Assembly (NCBI GenBank): GCA_028534125.1
Contig: CM052816.1
Span: 88,228,001-88,292,000 of the forward strand
DNA length: 64,000 nucleotides
From: Lama glama
Taxonomy: Eukaryota
Reading direction: 5' to 3'
Positions 1-13,705 of this stretch are shown here, piece after piece (positions within the stretch are counted from its first letter, which is position 1; each line of letters opens with the position of its first letter). The notes below the pieces were generated by a model that had not been told where the DNA came from, made no database searches, and worked only from the letters and a program-made list of their open reading frames with translations. Both the position numbers and the translations under genes were made by a program.

Positions 1-279
1 TATATTTCCTTGTATTATTTTAAATTTCACTCATATATAGATGCACACATGTACATCTGCTCTCCCTGGTAATTACAGATGGTAATCTCACATTCAGAAT
101 TCCCTACCATTTAAACAGGAATGACTAGTTTCTTAATACTGTCATATAACATTACTTACATAATATTTTCAAAAAATGTTTAATGTTGAAGTGACTGTAT
201 GTTTGTTTTATTGCCTCAGATCCATTTCCTCTTCTCAAGAATTTGCTGGGCTTTGCTCGTGACCTCCTCTTTCCAAGCT

Positions 280-715
280 CTTTGCTCGCTGATTCAGGTG
301 TTGCTACACAATATCCCACTTTAGTGATGGCCATACCTTCCTGTCGTGACCAGCTGAGGAGAGCTCCTTCTCATGCAGATTGGTGTAAGAGGAAGTGTGG
401 GAACAAGACTAAACATATGAACAAATCTATTCTAAGACTTGTTAGAATTTTTAAAAAAAAAATTTACTTTTTATAGTATATATAGTATATAAACTTGGAT
501 ATAGTCCTGTGGTCACAAGGAAGCATGAAATTGCCTACTCACTGAACCAACAAAGAGAGCCAAGCAGAGATAGAGAAGCACAGTTGAATCTTAGTGCCAT
601 TTTTTGAGTTTCTAGCTAGATTTATCAGAAGCCAGGAATACCTTTGGTTTACTTATTTTGTGAAGACACTACAAATTTTCTGTTTTTCTAAAAACATGAA
701 TTGGGCTCTTTCCTT
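280..715 (+). mobile_element. Old MaLR LTR remnant (MLT1J/K/L-like)
   Basis: Degenerate MLT1 3'-half motifs (gagagccaagcagagatagagaagca...ccattttttgagtttctagctag...gaagccag...aaattttctgtttttctaaaaac..gaattggg); boundaries approximate. Confidence 0.4.
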
Positions 716-2449
716 ATGGATAGAGAAATTTTAGATTAGACAAGGTAAACAATTTGTCCTTTGTCAGACAGTGAGAGACAGAGATTCTAATCAAACTTTA
801 TGTGCCTCTTTAGAGCTTTCTCAGTTCATGACACTAAATATTGGCTTTAGCTGCATTAATAGATAAATATTACATTAGATATGTGAGTGTTGAAAGCATT
901 CTGTCAACTCTACAGTAAACTGTTGATACAATGAAAAAGTTGTTTTATGAAATTTAGTTTTTTTTTTCATTTTGTTTTGTTATTTTCCTAAAATATTGGT
1001 TAATTTAAAATAACATGTGATTAGGAAAAAAGGGACATGGAATCTAAATTTTATTTTATTATAGTTACTAATATAATACAAAATGAAAGCTTTTTTTTAA
1101 TCCTTTGAAATTGTTTAACATTTTAAAAAATTTAGAGAGGGAGAGAAAAAGCATTCTTGGTACTGATGACAACTATGGTTTTCCAGTCATGCCATTTTGA
1201 GGTAAATCAGCTAAAATTTTTGGATTTCTGTATCAATGTGTAAAATAAGAGAGACTGACCAGAATGCTTACAATAAAATTTGCAGTTTTTCTAAGTTTGG
1301 TATTAAAACCAGCATGTTATAAATGAAAGGTGTACTTTTACAGCAAACTATTACTCCATATCAGCGCTCTCAAAAACGACATATTTTATTTGGTCTATGA
1401 CATAAGGCTTTAATAAGTCTTTGCCAACACTTAACAATTTGGAGAGTTCACACAGAATTTAAAATTTTGTACCATGTAACAGAAGAAATAAGATATAAAA
1501 ATGCAGAAGATCTAGCTGTACTGGCCAGCATGCCCATATGGGAAACATTAACTGAAGCTACAAAGCAGATGGACCATTTAGTTAGGGATTGCATTCTGAG
1601 TCAGAGTCCTCACTCAGGGTATTTTTTGAACATACTGATTATTTATAGGGTGTGAATAGTGGTCTTTTTCTAGCATGAGTATTTTACTAATTTACTTTAT
1701 TCCCCAGGCCCTTCAGAAATGCATTGATAAATATAGATAGTATTCTTTATGACTACGAAAGTCAGGCATCTGGTTGCAAAAGAATATCCCAGTGCTGGAG
1801 TCTGACCAACTTGCAACAGTAAACTTGTGTGTTTAATAGTATACCTGGTGCCTGTAGGTTCTAATTACATGGTAGAAATGAGTAACATTGATGCAAAGCT
1901 GTTTATAGTTTAGAAAATTAGACATATTTGATAATAAGTGATGTGGAAAGAAAAATTCAAAGGGGAGATTGGGACATTATATTATATTGACACAAACTGT
2001 GGAAAAATAATAGCAAAAAAAGAGACCTGCTGTAGTATAGAAAATGGAGATTAAGTAAACCCCAAATTATATGTACAATTTGATTACAACTGTGTTTAAA
2101 GTACTTATACTAAAACTGTAGCAAAAACACAAAAATCAAATGATTTGCTTTGTTTGGATGATTTTATTTCTTGTTTTAAATTTTACTTAATATTTTGTAT
2201 GCTGTTTTATAATAAAAGGAATTAAAATAAAAGAGTAAAGCAAGTAATTTACTTGAGAACAGCTCTCTTTATATTTTCGAAGTAAAATCACAATAAATTT
2301 TATTCAACATTTATTATGGATCTATGTCATACACTTAACTAACCATTCACATTTCGAAGATAAATACAACATATTTTCAAGGTGTTTTATATTCCAAAAC
2401 AGTAATTTCCAAAGTTTATTTTTTCTTTTTACTATTAACTCATTAGATC

Positions 2450-2612
2450 TTTTTTTTAAATTGAAGTATAGTCAGTTAAAATGTGTCACTTTCTGGTGTA
2501 CAGAATAATGTCCCATATTCTTTTTCATTAAAGGTGATTACAACATATTGCATATAGTTCCCTGTGCTATACAGAAGAAATACATTTTTCATCTATTTTT
2601 ATATAATTGGTT
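2450..2612 (-). mobile_element. Short 5'-truncated L1 3'-UTR end (cetartiodactyl type)
   Basis: Starts with poly-T then ttgaagtatagtcagtt...tttctggtgtacag...tagttccctgtgctatacag; its reverse complement matches the L1 3' end at ~10735-10920 in this window. Confidence 0.8.
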
Positions 2613-2658
2613 AAGTTTTAAAATCATGAATTATGTACTAAAATTGTATTTTTTAGTA

Positions 2659-2891
2659 TTTAAATAAAATGAATAATATACATCAATTTATAAATTATAA
2701 ACTTGTGCTGCAGTTAATTTATGTATGAAATATTAATAAAACTTAATCTTTTCTTTCCTTAAAAGTAAAACTACATATGAATAGAAGATCTGATAGTTTT
2801 TGTATTCATCAGCAATTGTTCTGGAATCCAGAGTTCCTACCATGGAAAGGCACATACAAAGCTGAGATTACAGGTAGGAAAGGCAGGTATG
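2659..2891. repeat. Copy 1 of a diverged local duplication (partner at 4007-4265)
   Basis: Collinear match by eye, e.g. taaataaaatgaata, aattataaacttg, taaaact[a/g]catatgaatagaa, aatccagag, cctaccatgg, gaaaggcag. Confidence 0.85.
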
Positions 2892-4006
2892 CAACTGAGA
2901 AATTGTAAGGAAAACATCATGGGGTCCATGGTATAACATGAGGTAGAAATCATTTATGTGGTGGTATTTGATGACGCTCATAATCATTTGAAAGACAGTT
3001 TCAGGAGAAAAGTTGTCATGCTTATTACTGTTAAGTATTATCAGGGATATGAGATGAGTTTTGAAAGTTTTTTAGCAAGAATTCCAAAGAAGATTAGAAA
3101 AATGACTTTTATTAACAATCTGTACATCCAGGTTGACAAGCAGGCTTGGACCTGGTTGTGTTGCCCTGGGGAGTCTGGGAGAGACAAATAGGTTCTGACT
3201 TCATACTTGGGAGTACTGCTAGTATTCTGCTCAACAATCTTCATTTTTACTTATAATGGAAAGGAAATACTTTTAATAATTGAAGTATTAACACTGAGAT
3301 CCATTTTTTCTTAGGTTCCAATTTTGTCAAAAGCTTCAAACCTTTGATTCAAGCTTCATATGCTAAGAAAGTTAACTGATTCTACCTTACATCACTGTTA
3401 CTTGGTTACTTCACTTACAGGCAGGATTAGCTGAAATTGTTTAAATTCAGACATAACCTAGGCATTTGAAGGACTGTGAAAGGTATTGCTACTTACTGCA
3501 ATAGATGTGAATTAATGACTGACTTTTTTGCATGTATTTAAGTCCAAGTGGTAGTAAGGAAATCATTTACCAATTTATTTCTGTTCCTTTTATAAATTCT
3601 GCACGAAGATAGTTTGGTATTTGCTTAAGTAACAATCCCAGAGTCAAAAGCTTAAGTGAAAGAGAAATATGAATGAACTGACATTACTTTGATAGTAGAA
3701 ATAATCTGCATTTGACCTTAGCAGTATTAAATAGGCCTTCAGGAGTTATGACCTAAAAAAACATCAGCACATAGGAGTCCAAAGTTCAGTTAAGCACTAA
3801 GAATATTAAATCTGATTCCAGTTAAATTTTTCTGTTCATAGATCACAGCTGAATCTCATGTTGAAGAATTTGTCATTAGTGAATTATATTGCAAAACACA
3901 TTCAGAAAGCTATTCTTCAAAATAATTTTGGTACTGAAATATAGACAAAATGATTACACAAATTGGAAAATATTCAAAGGCTATATATATCATACACACA
4001 ATACAT

Positions 4007-4265
4007 TTTAAATAAAATGAATAGCATGCATCCATTAGTGAATTATAAACTTGAATGACAGTTTATTTCAATACTAGACATTAGTAAAACTGAATCCTTT
4101 CTTGCCTTAAGATTAAAACTGCATATGAATAGAAAATTTAATACTTTTGTGGGGAGGTTGTTTTGTTTTGCTTTTATTCGTAGACCATTGTTCTAAAATC
4201 CAGAGGACCTACCATGGGAAAAGCATGTAAGAAGCTTAGAATCCAGCTAAGAAAGGCAGTTTATG
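4007..4265. repeat. Copy 2 of a diverged local duplication (partner at 2659-2891)
   Basis: Same blocks as copy 1, plus a ~25-nt G/T-rich insertion at ~4151-4175. Confidence 0.85.
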
Positions 4266-4594
4266 GTTTCTTAATGAGTCTTTGGAAATCAGTAGAAGGA
4301 ATTGCAGATGATGGCAGCAGTTAGAACTGACTTGACAAGGAGATGAATGCCAAACACATATTTCATTACTGCTTGGCATCAACTTAATTTAGGGACTACG
4401 CCCTGTCTGCGTTTTATATTGGCCTTTGATCAAGTTCCTCAACATTTTAAAGAAGGCCAACTATTCTATCAGAGATTGTTCCTGAACAAATTGTGGCATA
4501 ATGATTCATCATTAATAGCAAATCTTTCCAAATAATTTCTTTGTAATTAATACCCTTAAAAATATCTCCTTATAAAATGTCATGACATGATACT

Positions 4595-4740
4595 GTCTTT
4601 TGGATTTTGAAAGTATTTGTTAAGATTTTTCATCATGAATCCTCACGTATCGTATTTTACTTTATTTTTTTATGTTGTATTACATTAGTTAATTTTAGAA
4701 TATAAATCAACCTTGCATTCCTGGGGTTAAATCCTCTCAA
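4595..4740 (-). mobile_element. Old L1 ORF2 fragment
   Basis: Reverse complement ggatttaaccccaggaatgcaaggttgattt resembles the sequence encoding the L1 RT motif GFIPGMQGWF. Confidence 0.55.
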
Positions 4741-7029
4741 CTTTAGTCCTTGGACATTCCTGGCATTTCCAACATTCTTAACAAATATTCATCACATAAA
4801 ATACATTTAAATACAATTTTCAACATCATGCACACCACAATTTCTTATACAGAGCTAAAAATATAGAATCTATATTTCCCCAATCTCACTTTGCTACCAT
4901 TCAGTGTTTCATGTAGAATATAACTCTTCCCCCCTGATATTCAAATGATTTCACTAAATGTACTTAGTGAGCTGAAGAGACACATTGCCTTTCTAGCTAT
5001 TTTTCCTGAATGTGACACAAAATAGTAAAAAGTTATAAAATTATTTCTGGACATAACCATCTCTTTTTAATTCATAGCAGTACTCTGAATCTATAAAATT
5101 TTTACATTGACGAATTCAGACAGAATTTTAGGAGGCAATGTACCAAAGTAACATATTCCTCATTTGAAATTAATTTCACAATATTTAGGAATACTTTATG
5201 GAAAAATAATAGAATAGGTGTTAAATATCCCAGTTTCACCCTTATATAGGATGCCTCCTGTTCTTTACTTAATCATAACTTAGATAATCATTTTGTTTGT
5301 TTTGAACACCATTATCATTTTTCATTTCAGTAAAAGTATGATATAAAATAAGATATTATCTTTATAGCATAAAAAGAATGCAAAGCACTTTTTAGGTATT
5401 GAAAAATTATGTAATATGACAAGATAGCAAGATTATAAAATACAATATGGCACAAAATGTAAATATCAGGAGAAACAGAATCTGCAAGATTAGTTAGTGG
5501 AATTTTGTACGATTCATTCTGCAAGGAAATTGAATTGACGCAGTTGCTGATTTGCTTGATTACCAATCTTATGGACTCGGGAAGTGTCAAAATGCTTGAA
5601 ATCTAAGCATCATTGATTATTGAATTCATGATCAAGGAGCAGAGCTCTCTTTTGAATGCTTTTAAGTTACATGAAAAATTGAGTTCTAAGGAATGAAAGG
5701 CAGAGAGTGGCTGAATTCTGAGAAGATGAACTTCTGGTTTAGAAGTCTGCCTGGGTTGAGGAACATTTCCATTACTAGACTAATTAAGACAAGACTGAAT
5801 TTGTAAGACACAAAGGAGGAACTAACGACTAATTTCTTCTTTAGTGAAAGAGAATGGATTGGAGTTTCCTGAGAAAGGAAATAGGTAAACTGGGAGAAAG
5901 AAAGGAGGTTTAAAGTACAACTCTGGGAAGGAAGCAAGCTATGAGATATTGAAAAAATTGTGAAAGATGGAGTATGAGGAAGTACACAAATGAAAGAGCC
6001 TCCGAAGGCGTTAATAGTGAGGCTGACCTTTTTCTGTTATGGTTCAACAGGATTTGTTAATTAGATAGCATCTTAATTCCCAGTCCTCCTAGGTCATAAT
6101 ATTTGGGAAATTTAACCTTTCAATAATGATCTTTGTAAGCCTCCGTTAGATACATGACCAGCCTGTTTAGGATGTCATGGTGATACACTGGAGAGGTCCA
6201 GGGCTCACTTACTCATCAGGGGATACCAGCCAAAGCAGGCCTGGGGAAGAACTGAGACTAGTCCCTCATAAGATTGGAGCCAGAGAGAGTGGCAAAAACT
6301 TTCTCAAAACAAGGACCAGTCTTATCTACACACTTGATATTCTAAAAAGAATGTAATTCGTGATACTGTGATTCCTGGGAAGACGCCAGTGTTGCTGGGC
6401 TGGGGGACCCTGCAGTGTCCCTTGAGGCCTTCCTACAGTCAACCTGAGTAAGTAAGCAGGCAGTCCCTTTGAAAACATACTTGTCACATAATATTTAAAT
6501 CATAATGTATCATCTGTTTCCCATTGGAATTTTGATATATTAAAAATGTCTGATTCTTTTATTTGTAATATTTTACTTGCAGTCTTGAATTAAAAATGAA
6601 GGAAGCATCACTTCCAATTTCATTGTAAGAATCTTGCTCAGATGAAAGTGTCAAGGAGAAGGGAAGTAATTAAATACATGGTGCCTATAGGATCCCAACA
6701 TTCGGAAGTCCAGAAATCTTGGATTAAGAACTAGTCATAAGGACACACACAGTGGTTTCTGAGAGTAAGACTGAGGGAAAATGTCCTTACAGAACTAGAT
6801 ACAGCAGGACGATCTAGAAAAGCAAGGATGTGCATAAGCCCTTCCAGGAGAGCAGAGTAAGAAACTGGAAAACAAAACATAAATATTAAAACCAATGATA
6901 CGAAAAGAAGCTAAAAATGAAATTCACAGACAAATGTAAGAATTAGGCAAAACTGTCTCAGTTTAGCCACAGCTGGAATGTGAATAAAACCATCATATTT
7001 TCTGGGACTGACTTTATGCCTTATGTTTT

Positions 7030-7170
7030 ATTAGTCATTCATGCATTTATTTATTAATTTACTCATCCAATCATTCATCAAATATTTATCTGTTGATATT
7101 ACTTGTTGGGTAGTATACCTAAGTATGAGACTGCAGCGGTGAAGAAAATACTGACATGGCTCTTAAATCC
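7030..7170 (-). mobile_element. L2 3' end
   Basis: tcattcatgcatttattt...cattcatcaaatatttat, the antisense L2 tail pattern. Confidence 0.55.
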
Positions 7171-7355
7171 ATTAGTGAGGGATAAGGAAGAAGCCTCATG
7201 AGCTCACAGCGCAAAGGAGGGTCAGGCAACTCAGTCTTCAGTAAATCAGAGTGCTAACTCAAAGACAAGGATTTATTTGAGAGGTGATTCCAATATACTG
7301 CATAATACTAATTTACAGTGAAAATTGAAGGGGAAACGCTTTTGAGATGTGACTA

Positions 7356-7918
7356 TATTTAAGGAAAGCGTTAACATAGCTGGTCTGTTTCAGTCAGCTC
7401 TTCATTTGCTCTAAAGCCATCGACGACCCTTGGTATAACTCTAAGAACTAAACTACTGGAATGCTAACAAACTTACCTGGTAACAATGCCACCTGTGCTC
7501 AAAGGTAGTGGGTTGAGATGAACCAAGTTGTCAGCTTGAGTCCGTATGAGTACTCACAATGCCTGGTGACTGATTTGGGGTCCACCAGAAGACTGGTCAC
7601 ATGGCATATGTGAAACAACCCTCTTTACAAGCTTTGGATGCCAAAACTCAAGTAGTCTGCCCTTGGGCAGGATCTTTTCACAGATGTCCCAGCGATTTGG
7701 AGCTAAAATGGAAGATACATCTTTGCAATTCCTGCAGAGTGAGGACAATAAAGCCTGCATTATGTATACACACGGCCTTAGCCTAGGTATATTTTTCTTC
7801 TTGCAGTTCCTATAGTGTGAACTTTGTAGTGATAAACCTTGTCTACAACTTTATGTTGAGTTATATTACTCCTTCCAGCACATCATTGAACTGATAGATG
7901 ATCATGGAATCACCAGGA
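7356..7918 (+). mobile_element. ERVL-class solo LTR (MER68/MER77-like)
   Basis: 5' gttaacatagctggtctg; 3' gataaacc...ttatgttgagt...ctccttccagcacatcattgaactg..gatcatggaatcacc, typical of the MER68/77/21 group. Confidence 0.55.
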
Positions 7919-9614
7919 AAATGTATGCTAATTTAATCTTAAGACATTATTTAGACATTAATATTTAATTCACCCTGTAATTTGGAGGTCTTTCTAAAAT
8001 TGCTAATAAAAATATCTGGACTGGTTTTAGCTATTTTTGAATTATAGGGCTAGTTCTTATAGATGCTAAATAGAAAATAAATGAAAATAGAAGAGTAGAC
8101 TCTGTAAAATTCAGGCTTTGCCATTCCTACTCAAGCAGTGACAACAAAAAACAGGGAATACATTTTAAATATATGTTCAAGAGTAATTATGAGTTACCTT
8201 TTACATTGCATACAAATATAGAAAACAGTTTACATAGTTATTCTGAATTAGGCTAGGAAATCAAATTCAAGGCGATTTTTATAATACAAATAAGCAGCTT
8301 TAGGGAAAATAAATATATCCAGCCAGAGCTGAGTCTATGAAAAGCTATGTCTGTCTCATCACTACAATAACTAAATAAATTAATTTGTTTTAAACAACAA
8401 AACAACAAACTGCAATAATCCAAGTGATTTATTTGCAAAACAATTCTAAATGACACTATGAAGCAAATTATTTAATTTGAAAAATAGCATGTTTCATAAT
8501 CTTATGACTATCAGTGATATTATTCTTAAGAAGCATGGTCATATTGCTCCAAAGATTAAGGATTTTTAAGTATACACAATTCTGATTATTTTGGGCTCAC
8601 TTCTCAGTGATTTTTTTCACTTGCACTTCTTTGGGAACTGGGAAAGTGCACGGTTAACCTTCAGAGTGGATTCCAACCAGGGACATGGTTAAAGCTTCAG
8701 ATTAACTTTGAATATATAATAATATAGATATACACATAAATATATTCCATTTTATATTTCAGAGATAGTGAATTAACTTGGATGCAGAAATAGTTTATTT
8801 ATTCCTCTCTTCTTATATGATGGACATGCACACACACATATATACAAATCCAAATATAATATTTCACAACAGGATATGTAGCCTAAATTTTATTTTAAAA
8901 GCATTCATATGAACTCCTAGTGAGTGAAATGATCACAGGCTTTCCTTGATGCTGCTCCATCACCATTTTCTAGTGGGATAATTTCCATACAACCAAGAAT
9001 CTTTTTCTCAGCTTTTCTAGTCTTATAAGAGAATTTTCACCTTAACATTTATCTTTCTATTATTAAAAACAGATAGTTATGCACTCAACAAACAACACAC
9101 AATAACATCATACCAGGCCCCCGACCAGACAGTAAAACCATGAACTGTTGTGTACCCAGCCTGTGGAGAAAACAGTTGAGAATTCTCCTTAAGCTCCCTT
9201 AAATAACAACAAAAACAACAAAAAATAAACACTATACCAAGTTATAAAGTGCATCAGGATGCTTGCTGAGTTTATTTCAGAGAAAAGAATGAAAACTTTA
9301 TATGTGCAATTAAATTATTGTTCTACTTTTCCTGTAAATTATCAGATGTTGAGACATCCTCTAAAACTTTAATGATATACTGCAATATATCATTGTCTAT
9401 ATTTCATTGAATTGCACATTAAAACAAGTGAAAATGTTATGCAAAATGTATCTCAATAAAATTGTGATGAAAAAGCCTGTCCTGTTGGTTCACTTAACAA
9501 TATGCTGCATATTGAAAATGAACAGAAAGATCCTGTGAGGCTAAAACTGTTCCTTCCAACCTAGTTACCAATTTGGACTTATTGTTGACCATCTAACTCA
9601 AATTTAATAAAGTA

Positions 9615-10922
9615 TGGAAAGTTGCTGGACAGTTACATATAAATCAATGAAGTTAGAACACTCCCTCATACCATACACAAAAATAAACTCAAAATGGCTT
9701 AAAGGCTTTAACGTAAGACACTATAAATCTCTTAGAAGAATACAGAGGCAAAAACATTCTCTGACATAAATTTTAGCAATGTTTTCCTAGGGCAGTCTAC
9801 CCAGGCAATAGAAATAAGAGCAAAAATAAACAAATGGGACCTAATTAAACTTAAAATCATCTGCACAGCAAAGCAAAACAAAAAGACAACCTACAGAATG
9901 GAAGAAAATATTTGCAAAAGATGAGGCTGACAAGGGCTTAATTTCCAGAATATATAAACAGCTCACACAACTTAATAATAAAAAACAAATAACCCAATCC
10001 AAAAATGAGCAGAAGACCTAAAGAAACAATTCTCCAATGAAGACATACAAATGTCCCATAGGCACATGAAAAAGTGCTCAATATCACTAATTATCAGAGA
10101 AATGCAAATCAAAACTGCAATGAGGTATCATCTCACACCAGTTAAAATGGCCATTATTAAAAAGTCCACAAACAATAAATGCTAGAAAGGGTGTGGAGGA
10201 AAGGGAACCCTCTTACATTGCTGGTGGGAATATAGTTTGATGCAGCCATTATGGAAAACAGTATGGAGATTCCTCAAAAAACTAAAGATAGACTTTTCAT
10301 ATGAACCAGCAATCCCACTCCTGGGCATATATCTGGAGGGAACTTTAATTTGAAAAGATACATGCACCCCAATGTTCATAGCAGCACTATTTACAATAGC
10401 CAAGACATGGAAAGAACCTAAATGTCCACTGGCAGATGAGAATATAAAGAAGTTGTGGTATATTCATACAATGGAATACTACTCAGCCATAAAAAATAAA
10501 ATAATGCCACCTGCAGCAACATGGATGGACCTGGAGATTGTCATTCTAAGTGAAGTAAGCCAGAAAGAGAAAGAAAAATAAAATATGATATCATTTATAT
10601 GTGGAATCTTAAAAAACTGAATTTATTTACAAAACAGAAACAGACTCACAGACATAGAAAATAAATTATAATTACTGGGGAGAAGGGGGTTGGAAAGGAT
10701 AAATAAGAGTTCAAGATGTGCATACTAACTACTATATACAAAATGGATAAACAACAAGTTCCTACTGTATAGCACAGGGAACTATACTCAATATCTTGTA
10801 GTAACCTATAATGAAAAAGAATATGAAAATGAATATATGTATGCGTATGTATGACTGAACTATTATGCTGTACACCAGAAATTGACATAACATTGCAAAC
10901 TGACTATACTTCAAAAAAAAAA
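9615..10922 (+). mobile_element. 5'-truncated, relatively young L1: ORF2 C-terminus, 3'UTR and poly-A; disabled
   Basis: Encodes L1 ORF2p C-terminal peptides ([26 protein letters not shown] 10372-10581 [28 protein letters not shown]); cetartiodactyl 3'UTR tgtatagcacagggaactata; A-tail at 10913-10922; contains stops and frameshifts. Confidence 0.95.
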
Positions 10923-12679
10923 TCCCCCTTCCCAAAAAAAGAAGATACAAACTCAGCAACTGATGGATGTGAGTCATGGGGTTAGGAAGAGGAAGGTACC
11001 AGGAGGCGTGGGGATTAGAGTACTGAAGATGTAGGGTAACTCAGACTGAATTCCCAGCCTTGCTCCACGCAAAGGAGAGGTGTCTTCTCCATAACTAAAA
11101 TAGCAATTTCTTAAATTTAACACTAAGTGCTTTGGCTTTCTACCTTTTTAAAATGCATCTTGAACTCAAGATTCACTAATTTATCCTGTCATTAGCAGTC
11201 TTTTTATATAAAAACTGTTGATACATATTTATATGGACTAACGTCATTCATTTAAAACTCATGAGTGCAGTGCCTTTAATCAGTGATCTCCTTACGGGGA
11301 ATCATTAACATTTCTCTAAATTATTAAGAATCCTGTCATTCTATTAGGTGCTGTCCCCTTTCAAAACTCCATGTCTCATTCCTGGAGAGAGAAAAACCAG
11401 CTTCTTATTGGCTGCTTCTTCCCAACTGCACTTACCATTCATCTGTGCTGTCATCAAGGATTCCTAAATTCAAAGCTGACTATTTTAATTCATCTTCCCC
11501 ACCTCCCTCATTCTCACATGGCAGAAGGAAATAGGAGCTACTTACTGGTACCTCTGGATTTACCAGCACAGAGCACGTATGGAGAACTTGATTCTGTTTC
11601 ATTCCCTATCTAGTCTAGACAATAGTGGGCTAAGGTCTGGCAGAGGGTAAAGTTAGTGACAAACAGATTACCTATGTCATCAGTCCTATGATATCTGGCT
11701 ACTCCACTGTTAAAAAGTTGAGCATCTTTTCGAAGGTCCACAGCCTTCCTTTGTACTTTTAGGACTATGACAGGGTGTAAGAGGTCTTGGTAAACTCAAT
11801 ACTCTGAGACCTCTGAGGTTAGATTCTTATAAATGCCACTGTCTTTACTGCCTTCCTCTGCCTTGTCCAGCTCTTCGGTCCACATACGTTTGCTAGTAAT
11901 TATGAATTTCCTTCTCTCTTCCAATTCCCCTGTAACTTACATAGTTTAATTTGTGTCTGATTTTCTTTCCTCCATTATTCTCCTCTTTTACAATTTTCTC
12001 TTCAATACCACAAATCTTTCCGTAAGACTTGCTTTGCTCAGTTTCCTAGACAGACATTTGTGAAACATTCCCTAGCACTCAGTCCAAAATGTATTCATTC
12101 GGTTTTCTGAAATATGCTCCATCTCCGCCTCAAAAGTCGTGTCTGATACCTGGAAGTGGCTAGCCCAAGGCTACCTCCCTTGCCTCCCTTGCTGGTTCCA
12201 GGCTCTCCTTTTTGGGTTCCCTCAGTGTCTGAGCAGCCTGGGGTGAGCTGGAGACTGACCCTTCTGAAAACAATTCAGAGCTCTTTAAAAATTAATGTTG
12301 GATAATTCAGTTATACGTATTACCCTCCGTGGGTTCCTTCCTACAATATATTGCACAAGAAATTTCCTGAAGGGATCAGTGTGATAAAATTCTGCAAATA
12401 AAAAAAAAGACACTCCCAGCTTTCTAGTTGGGTCAGTTCTTCCTGACACGTGTTTTCCCTTCTGACTGTAGTGCTGTGATTACAGCTCTCTCAACACATC
12501 TGTCTTCTTGAGCGAGTAATAATCTAAGCACCATTACTGCACTGGCTCTATTCACATCCTCAGTAGCCTTCTCTCTACAGTCAGCTGACTTAGAGGGACC
12601 CCTCACTTTGTGCTACAGAGGGCTGTCATTTCTGTATACCTGGCTGCAGTGCCAAGGTCCAATATTCCCAGATATTAAG

Positions 12680-13179
12680 NNNNNNNNNNNNNNNNNNNNN
12701 NNNNNNNNNNNNNNNNNNNNNNNNNNNNNNNNNNNNNNNNNNNNNNNNNNNNNNNNNNNNNNNNNNNNNNNNNNNNNNNNNNNNNNNNNNNNNNNNNNNN
12801 NNNNNNNNNNNNNNNNNNNNNNNNNNNNNNNNNNNNNNNNNNNNNNNNNNNNNNNNNNNNNNNNNNNNNNNNNNNNNNNNNNNNNNNNNNNNNNNNNNNN
12901 NNNNNNNNNNNNNNNNNNNNNNNNNNNNNNNNNNNNNNNNNNNNNNNNNNNNNNNNNNNNNNNNNNNNNNNNNNNNNNNNNNNNNNNNNNNNNNNNNNNN
13001 NNNNNNNNNNNNNNNNNNNNNNNNNNNNNNNNNNNNNNNNNNNNNNNNNNNNNNNNNNNNNNNNNNNNNNNNNNNNNNNNNNNNNNNNNNNNNNNNNNNN
13101 NNNNNNNNNNNNNNNNNNNNNNNNNNNNNNNNNNNNNNNNNNNNNNNNNNNNNNNNNNNNNNNNNNNNNNNNNNNNNNN
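12680..13179. other. Assembly gap (500 N)
   Basis: Run of exactly 500 N. Confidence 1.
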
Positions 13180-13288
13180 TCCATCCCCAGAGTTTCTGAT
13201 TTAGCAAGTCCGAGTGAGGCCTAGGAATTGGACTAGTTCCCAGGTGATCCAAGAAGCAGATCTAGGTGCTGCGGTTTTAGAAGCTGCT
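13180..13288. mobile_element. MER5A-like hAT-Charlie MITE fragment, cut by the gap
   Basis: ccccagagtttctgatttagcaagtcc..gaggcctaggaatt..agttcccaggtgat. Confidence 0.65.
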
Positions 13289-13351
13289 TTAAAGTACTGA
13301 GGATTCATGTCCATTAGTCCAAATGAGGATTGATTGCAGAATAAAAGGGAG

Positions 13352-13705
13352 TGCAGTTATTAAATGTTTGCTTCTCACAAAGCTGAAATCCTAATTTCTA
13401 ATGTGATGATATTAGGAGTTGGAGTCTTTGGTAGGTGATTAAGTCACAAGGGTGGAGCCCTTATGAATGGGATTCGTGCCCTAATAAAAGAGACCTCAGA
13501 GAGTTCCCTTGCCCCTTCTGCCGTGTGAGGACAAAGTGAGAAGGTGGCCGTCTATAAATCAGGAAGTGGGCCCTCACCACACAAAGAATCGTCTGTCAAC
13601 TTGATCTTGAACTTTCCAGCCTACTGAACTGTGAAAAATAAATTTCCATTTTTAAGTCATCCAGTCTATGGTAATTTGTCATAGCAGCCCAAACAGACTG
13701 AGACT
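13352..13705 (+). mobile_element. MaLR solo LTR (MLT1A0-like)
   Basis: aatgtgatgatattagga..ggtggagcccttatgaatgggatt..cttgatcttgaactttccagcct..aataaattt..atagcagcccaaacagactgagac. Confidence 0.9.

Noticed and set aside
220..384. 165-nt open exon-like segment (cctcag| ... |gtaaga; part of ORF 243-476)
   Set aside because: Peptide not recognised, and the segment appears to overlap a degenerate MLT1-type LTR; no support as a host exon
10182..10977. Cluster of ORFs on both strands
   Set aside because: Sense and antisense readings of a disabled L1 3' end, not a host gene
12608..13252. The longest ORFs in the track (169-208 aa)
   Set aside because: Artefacts of translating through the 500-N gap
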